Origin: Terriglobia bacterium
GTDB lineage: Bacteria; Acidobacteriota; Terriglobia; 20CM-2-55-15
DNA: 64,000 nucleotides
Direction of reading: 5' to 3'
Assembly: GCA_965218585.1 (NCBI GenBank)
Contig: CBDCLE010000019.1
Coordinates: 1-64,000, forward strand
Shown here piece by piece: positions 60,927 through 64,000 of the stretch. Within the stretch, counting starts at the first letter, position 1. The number at the start of each line of letters is the position of its first letter. Under the pieces are notes generated by a model. It saw only the letters and a program-made list of their open reading frames with translations, did no database searches and had not been told where the DNA came from. Position numbers and translations under genes: made by a program.

Positions 60927-62389
60927 TGCAGCACTCTCCCGGCGAGTTCCAGAACCGGAACTGGGTAGAGTCCCAGCAGCAGGCTTATTGCCGCGCAAAT
61001 CGTCAACGGCGCAACCATCCACGGCACCTCGCGGATTTCTTCGCTGGTCGACGTCTCCTGTTCGAAGTAAGCCTTGTACACAATCGAACCGAGGTAAACC
61101 GCGTTCAGGAGCGAGCTCACCAGAAGTACACCCAACAGAATAAAGCGCCCCTCATCCACGGTGCCGAGCGCAAGGTACCACTTGGAGACAAATCCGCTGG
61201 TCAGAGGAATGCCCACCACGCTCAAGGAAGCCAACACAAAGGCGGCCATAGTCCACGGCATGCGTTTGGCCAGGCCGGACATCTGGCTGATTTCGGTCTT
61301 ATGAGCGGAAACGTAGATCGAACCGGCGCACAAGAAGAGCGTGATCTTCGATACGGCGTGGTTGGTGATATGGGCGACCCCACCCAGCACCCCGCTGGAG
61401 TTCAGGAGTGCCGCTCCCAGGATTATGTAGGAGAGCTGGCTGACCGTGGAGAATGCCAGCCTGGCTTTGAGGTTGTCCTGGCTGAGGGCCAGAAGCGATC
61501 CCGCCAGAATCGTCACTGCGGCAAAGCCCAGAGCCAGTTGGTCTGCGCCGATTTCGCGCATGGCCTCGGGACCGAAGACGAAGAGAAACACCCGAACCGT
61601 GGAGAAAACGCCGGTCTTGACGACGGCCACTGCATGCAGAAGCGCGCTCACCGGTGTCGGGGCCACCATAGCTGCAGGCAGCCAGCTATGCAGCGGCATC
61701 AATGCGTTCTTGGCGAATCCAAACAGGAACAGAGCAAAGATCATTAAGAGAAGCGTAGGTCGCTCGCTGATTTGCTCGGCAGGCAGAATTCCGCCACTGC
61801 GGAATTCCAGGGTCCCGGCTACGTTGTAGGTCAGAACGATGGCGGCCACCAGGAAGACCTTGGCCGCACCTAAAAGATAGATCACGTACTTGCGCGCGCC
61901 AGCTCTGGCCTCGGCTGTCTCGTTGTGCCCCACCAGCGGATAGGTGACCAGGGTCAAGGCCTCGTAAAACACGAACAGCGTGAAGAGGTTGGCAGAGAAA
62001 GCCACTCCGATCGTAGCCGTAAGAGCCAGCGCGAAGCACGAAAAATAGCGAGTTTGTGCGTGCTCTTTGAGAGAACGCATATAGCCGATCGAGTAGAACG
62101 AGGTCAGGATCCAGAGCAGCGACGCCCCCGAGGCAAAAAGAACACCGAAGGCGTCCGCTCGAAAGGCGAGTTCGATACCCGGGAGGATCCTGAAGAGCAC
62201 AAATTCCACCGTTCCACCGGCTAGAACCTCTGGGATCATGCTCGCGATAAGAGCGAACATCACGACACCCGTTGCAATGGACCAGAATTCCCTTAGATTG
62301 GCCCGGCGCTGGCCGGTCCATGCGATGAGGAGCGCACCGAGGGCCGAGACGAGCACCGCTAACAGCGGTATGACCGAAAACGTCACCAT
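60923..62389 (-). CDS. MrpD-like antiporter subunit
   Basis: HSWLPAAMVAPTPVSALLHAVAVVK, LKARLAFSTVSQLSY. Confidence 0.88.
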   Translation of the reverse strand: MVTFSVIPLLAVLVSALGALLIAWTGQRRANLREFWSIATGVVMFALIASMIPEVLAGGTVEFVLFRILPGIELAFRADAFGVLFASGASLLWILTSFYSIGYMRSLKEHAQTRYFSCFALALTATIGVAFSANLFTLFVFYEALTLVTYPLVGHNETAEARAGARKYVIYLLGAAKVFLVAAIVLTYNVAGTLEFRSGGILPAEQISERPTLLLMIFALFLFGFAKNALMPLHSWLPAAMVAPTPVSALLHAVAVVKTGVFSTVRVFLFVFGPEAMREIGADQLALGFAAVTILAGSLLALSQDNLKARLAFSTVSQLSYIILGAALLNSSGVLGGVAHITNHAVSKITLFLCAGSIYVSAHKTEISQMSGLAKRMPWTMAAFVLASLSVVGIPLTSGFVSKWYLALGTVDEGRFILLGVLLVSSLLNAVYLGSIVYKAYFEQETSTSEEIREVPWMVAPLTICAAISLLLGLYPVPVLELAGRVLQ

Positions 62390-62688
62390 TTGAGTTGGGT
62401 CAGGTCTCCTACGGTGACGCCAGGTTTGTTCCGGTTCAGGGCGATCACAAGCCCCAGACCGATGCCTGCCTCGGCAGCTGCCACAGCGATTACAAAAAGG
62501 GCCATGACCTGGCCTCGCGGATTCTCGAAGTATCGGCTGAAGCCGACCAGAGCAACATTGATGGCATTGAGCATGACCTCAACCGAGACGAGCATCAGGA
62601 TAATGTTGCGCCTGGCCAGGAACCCGAATACACCGATTCCAAACAGGACGGCACTCAATCCCAGAACTGCACCCACGGGCACAATCAT
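62383..62688 (-). CDS. nuoK: NADH-quinone oxidoreductase subunit K
   Basis: RRN...SVEVMLNA..GQ..VAAAEAGIGL. Confidence 0.93.
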   Translation of the reverse strand: MIVPVGAVLGLSAVLFGIGVFGFLARRNIILMLVSVEVMLNAINVALVGFSRYFENPRGQVMALFVIAVAAAEAGIGLGLVIALNRNKPGVTVGDLTQLKW

Positions 62689-63206
62689 GGCCGTAGCGCC
62701 CTCCTTCTTGCAAGGACGACAGCGCCGACGATTGCGGCCAGAAGCACTAGGGAGGCCATCTCGAACGGCAGCGCAAACGGGCCGAAGAGCTCCATACCGA
62801 TCTCGGCAAGGCCCCCTTGTAGTGGACCTCCCGTCGAGGGTGCGCTCCTAGCTCCACCCGGGTCGAGCGGTTCCAGTTGGGCGATAAAGGCTAAGGCTGC
62901 AAAGGGGAGTCCGGCGGCCGCAGCGAACGGCCAATGTTTGCCGAACCGGGGCCGGGTGTCCTCGTCCGACAGGTCGAGCAGCATCACGACGAAGAGGTAG
63001 AAAATCAAGATAGCACCCGCATACACGATGACCTGCACCGCCGCCAGAAACTCCGCGCCGAGCAGCAGGAAGATGCCCGCGACGTGCCCGAAGAGAGCGA
63101 GCACCCAGAGGAGGCTGTGCAGGGGATTTTTCCGTGTCACGGCCAGTAGAGCACTCGCGACCGAGGCGGCCGCCATGTAGTAGAAAGTTGCGGTAAGCAA
63201 GGTCAT
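62685..63206 (-). CDS. nuoJ: NADH-quinone oxidoreductase subunit J
   Basis: AEFLAAVQVIVYAGAI, LPFEMAS. Confidence 0.93.
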   Translation of the reverse strand: MTLLTATFYYMAAASVASALLAVTRKNPLHSLLWVLALFGHVAGIFLLLGAEFLAAVQVIVYAGAILIFYLFVVMLLDLSDEDTRPRFGKHWPFAAAAGLPFAALAFIAQLEPLDPGGARSAPSTGGPLQGGLAEIGMELFGPFALPFEMASLVLLAAIVGAVVLARRRALRP

Positions 63207-63430
63207 TCGCCGTCGTAACTAACTGAACTCTTTATACTCCAGATCGCAGATCGTGAGGTCCTGAGGGATGACCAGTCGAAAACGTCGTCGAACGACAGCA
63301 CATTCGTGGTTTCGACCGATCGATAATCAAACCACAACGAGTATGTCGCACGCAAGAGAGCGAAAGCCTTATCGTTGGGCTGGTCAAACCAGACCCGCTA
63401 GCTTGCAGGCGGCGATGCGAGTCGGCTTGT

Positions 63431-63859
63431 TCAACTGGTGATGTATTTTGTCAGTTGCTCGATCTGGGATTGGCTATCTTCGATGATGCCCCGCACCACA
63501 TCCCCGATCGAGATCACACCGACAACTTTTTCATCGGCCACGACCGGCAGGTGTCGGACGCGTTTTTCGGTCATGAGGGCCATCGTCTGTTCGACGGTCG
63601 ATTCGGGATTGACGCAGATAACCGGATGGGACATGATCTCGTGGATCTGGGTTTCCCGGGACGCTTTCCCCTTTAGAATCACCTTGCGAGCGTAATCCCG
63701 TTCGGAGACGATGCCGACAAGTTTTTCTCCCTCCATCACCAGCAGCGCTCCGATCCCCCTCTGGGCCATCTGATCGATGGCTTCGTAGACCGAGGCGTCG
63801 GGGGACAAGGACCAAACGTCCCGCCCCTTGTTGTTTAGGAGATGCAACACCATTGTCAT
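63431..63859 (-). CDS. CBS domain pair protein
   Basis: GIVSERDYARK, RVRHLPVV..GVISIGDVV. Confidence 0.9.
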   Translation of the reverse strand: MTMVLHLLNNKGRDVWSLSPDASVYEAIDQMAQRGIGALLVMEGEKLVGIVSERDYARKVILKGKASRETQIHEIMSHPVICVNPESTVEQTMALMTEKRVRHLPVVADEKVVGVISIGDVVRGIIEDSQSQIEQLTKYITS

Positions 63860-64000
63860 GGAGAACCTCCATTGTCTTATCGTGCAGACTAGCATTGTCA
63901 GCTGTGTTGTCACAGGCAAAAGGGGGGGCCGGTGCGCTTCATGAATTTCGGGTTCTGGTGCCCGGACTCGGGCGACCATCCTGGCAGGGCGAAGCCGAGT

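Overview
GC-rich bacterial chromosome segment; gene content suggests an Acidobacteriota-like host (inference). 1-3.9 kb is the edge of a plasmid/ICE-like module (repA, VirB11-like ATPase, VirD4-like coupling protein), bounded by an IS21. 6.3-15 kb holds secreted/periplasmic genes (alpha/beta-hydrolase, two multiheme cytochromes c, two paralogous unknown proteins around a DUF6152-like gene) and a TetR regulator. Housekeeping genes follow (rsmI, galU, lepB, yqeY, HNH, larE-purD-purE-mtaB), then a probable AhpD-like selenoprotein, a triple-Rid protein and an SDR. 28.6-36.3 kb is a mobile-element hotspot: an IS5-family element, an rve transposon with ~88-bp IRs that truncates sdhA, and a 2053-bp transposase-less cassette (24-bp IS1595-like IRs, 8-bp target duplication) inserted in codon 7/8 of sdhA. 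The cassette is the most unusual object in the window. It carries a tRNA with a serine-type body but an arginine UCU anticodon, a ~220-nt structured RNA candidate with start-stop minigenes, a switchable leader, and three unknown ORFs. After it come small accessory genes, an IS110 with a bridge/seek-RNA-like region, hydantoinase/oxoprolinase A/B, a BON protein, and a rearranged complex I operon (NuoE-F fusion, four antiporter-like subunits). The many frameshifts left of ~17.3 kb look like sequencing indels. All calls are by eye; no searches were run.
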